This document shows positions 61,888 to 64,000 of a stretch of 64,000 nt of DNA, in pieces. Numbering within the stretch: position 1 is the first letter of the stretch; every line of letters starts with the position of its first letter. The notes under the pieces were generated by a model. That model searched no databases. It worked only from the letters and a program-made list of their open reading frames with translations, and was not told the DNA's origin. The position numbers and the translations under genes are program-made. The stretch spans positions 1,116,001 through 1,180,000 of the forward strand of contig NC_047066.1 of assembly GCF_902459465.1 (NCBI RefSeq), written 5' to 3'. The stretch is from Asterias rubens. Lineage: Eukaryota.

Positions 61888-64000
61888 ATTTTAAACTTTG
61901 ATTTATTGTAGTTTAATGCCCGATGACGTCATTATGACATAGTTAGGTCAGTGGTGTCTTGATACCAAGGTTCACCTATCTGTTGAGTTTCAACGTTCAA
62001 ATCAATCTCAATCTTGAGTTATTCCGTAGATAAGCTCGAAAGTTTTTTTTTTATAAAAAAAACACGAAGGCGAACTTTGATCTAGGGTAACGACCCGGAA
62101 GTTAACGTCGTACGATTTTTTTTTGCGTTAATTTTTCAAATGTTGTCCAAGTCTTTATCTATTCGATGCCTAAGTATGAACATCATAGCTTTTATATTCG
62201 TTGAGATACAGCAACAAGCAAATGGTAATTTTTCAACATTAAAAACCTTGTCATGACGTCATTAATGTCGTCATCATTCCAAAACAGTGGCGGTTTCATC
62301 TACTCACTAATGCCGATGTACACAGTAAGTTTTAAGTTTGTACAAGCTTTACTTTTGTTTAAAATTGCTTGGGAAGGTTCAGAGGTAAAGAAGAACACGA
62401 GGAAAATTAAATCTATGAACAGATTGTTGATAGCTTTTTAATTTTCACAAAAAGTAAAAGTGTAAATCTATTACATTTATACCTTTCTTTGCACAGAAAA
62501 CAAATGCTAAGGTTAATACTTATAGAGCGATGTATTTTATTAGTAAAGAGCTAACTATGTGCAAAGTTTGAAGGTTTTGTGATCCTTGTGATGTTTAACT
62601 CAAGAGTAAACTTCTTAAAAGGTTAACTGGATTTGGGGAAACTTTATACGAAACAACAGTTTACTAATTGTAGACTTGTGAAGTAAATAACTGTAAAAGA
62701 CTTATTTTATGAAGTATTACAGAGGTTTCGCAAGTGTACGACACGGGTACAGATACAACTAAGATAACTGGGATGCACATTAGATTTTGTTAGGCATTAA
62801 ATAAACCCTTATTTTGAAAAGCAATGATTTGTACACAAAGCTTTACCGTGTAGCGCGCTAAACACTGCCGTGAGTGCCGGATAGAAACACCCTTCACGAG
62901 TCGATGTCACGAATCCGCTTCCCGGTGTTTGATCAAAACATAACCAATGTTCGTCTTTTTCTGGTTGCATTTTCTCACATAATTAAAAGTCATACGAATC
63001 GCTGCAGTAGGTGGCCATCTCAGCGAAGCTTCGTCTTTAATTCCGTTTTGATAATTAAGCCATGAGAAGGGCGAACAGGGGAACAATTTGACGCCGAATA
63101 TGATATGAGCGGACTTCAATTGTAAAATGTTGGTACACCATTAAACCATAGAGTAAGGATTAAACTAGCGCTACGTTGTAAGTACAATGACCTGAGACTT
63201 GTCAAAACATGAATCGAAATCACGCGTACAGTCAAACGATGCACTATTCCGAGCAGAACACACAGGCCTCGTGGACTGATAAAGGTGTGATCAATGGAGC
63301 GGAACGGCCAGCCAAAGCGCTTTTGCAGTGTACGCAGTTATCACGCGGGTCAACACATCCGTGGGCTTTATCGTCCGATTTCGACCAGAGTTTCAGGTCA
63401 AATTGGTATCATCTCTGTGGGAAAGTTTGAGCAGGATCACTCATCTATAACGGGATGCAAAATTTATGTTGAAATGTTACGTAGTTTTAGAGATCAAAAA
63501 TTGTAAAATTGTTCAACCTTTGGTTTGAACCGGAAGTCAAGGTCAAATGGGGTCATTTTGTGTGTAGCGTTTTTTGAGGTTTGATCGACCTGTCCGATGA
63601 TATATAGATTGTCAAAATCCACCATGTGGTTCAGGAGTTATGATTTCTTTAAAATATTTAACTTTGATTTGTTGTAATTCAAAACCTGATGACGTCATCA
63701 TGACATCATTAAGTTTGTGTGGTCTTATTATTAAGGTTCAATTGTCTGATGAGTTTCAATGTTAAATTCCATATCAATCTTGAGTTATGACAACAAATTG
63801 TCTTTTTTTATAAAAAACACAAAAAACACAAAGGCAGAGTTTGACCTTCCGGTACGACCGGAAGATGAGGTCATACGATTTTGGCGTTAACTTTTCAAAT
63901 GTTGTCCAAGTCTTTATCTGTGTGATGCCCAAGTATGAACATCATAGCAATAATATTCGTTGAGATACAGCGAAAAGCAAATGTCGTTTTTTAACTTTAA
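61888..64000. repeat. Unclassified large repeat with two diverged ~350-bp direct copies (61888-62235, 63655-64000)
   Basis: Shared ordered blocks AACTTTGATTT, GATGACGTCAT, TCAATCTTGAGTTAT, CCGGAAG, TCAAATGTTGTCCAAGTCTTTATCT, AAGTATGAACATCATAGC, TATTCGTTGAGATACAGC; runs off the window. Confidence 0.7.

Overview
AT-rich, intron-containing animal genomic DNA. The repeat types suggest an invertebrate deuterostome, probably an echinoderm (inference). By hand-splicing GT-AG exons with phase checks I find: (1) three intronless-CDS class A GPCRs at 2.8-17.8 kb; (2) a complete 5-coding-exon MAPK7/ERK5 gene on the minus strand (1117 aa) with an atypical T-V-Y activation loop; (3) an 8,041-bp two-gene PIF/Harbinger transposon inside the last MAPK7 intron, with perfect 19-bp terminal inverted repeats (TIRs), an intact 4-exon DDE transposase (347 aa) and an intact 4-exon Myb/SANT partner (268 aa); (4) a 4-exon, 200-aa divergent Myc/Max/Mad-type bHLH-ZIP gene whose domain-bearing exons are absent from the ORF track; (5) a 3-exon VKORC1. 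Intergenic and intronic space is full of TTAA-flanked MITEs (often stacked or nested), Harbinger-type MITEs, tRNA-derived SINEs, L2/CR1 relics and four minisatellites. Most short ORFs in the track are repeat artefacts. All gene models are predictions from sequence only; no alignment or database search was run.
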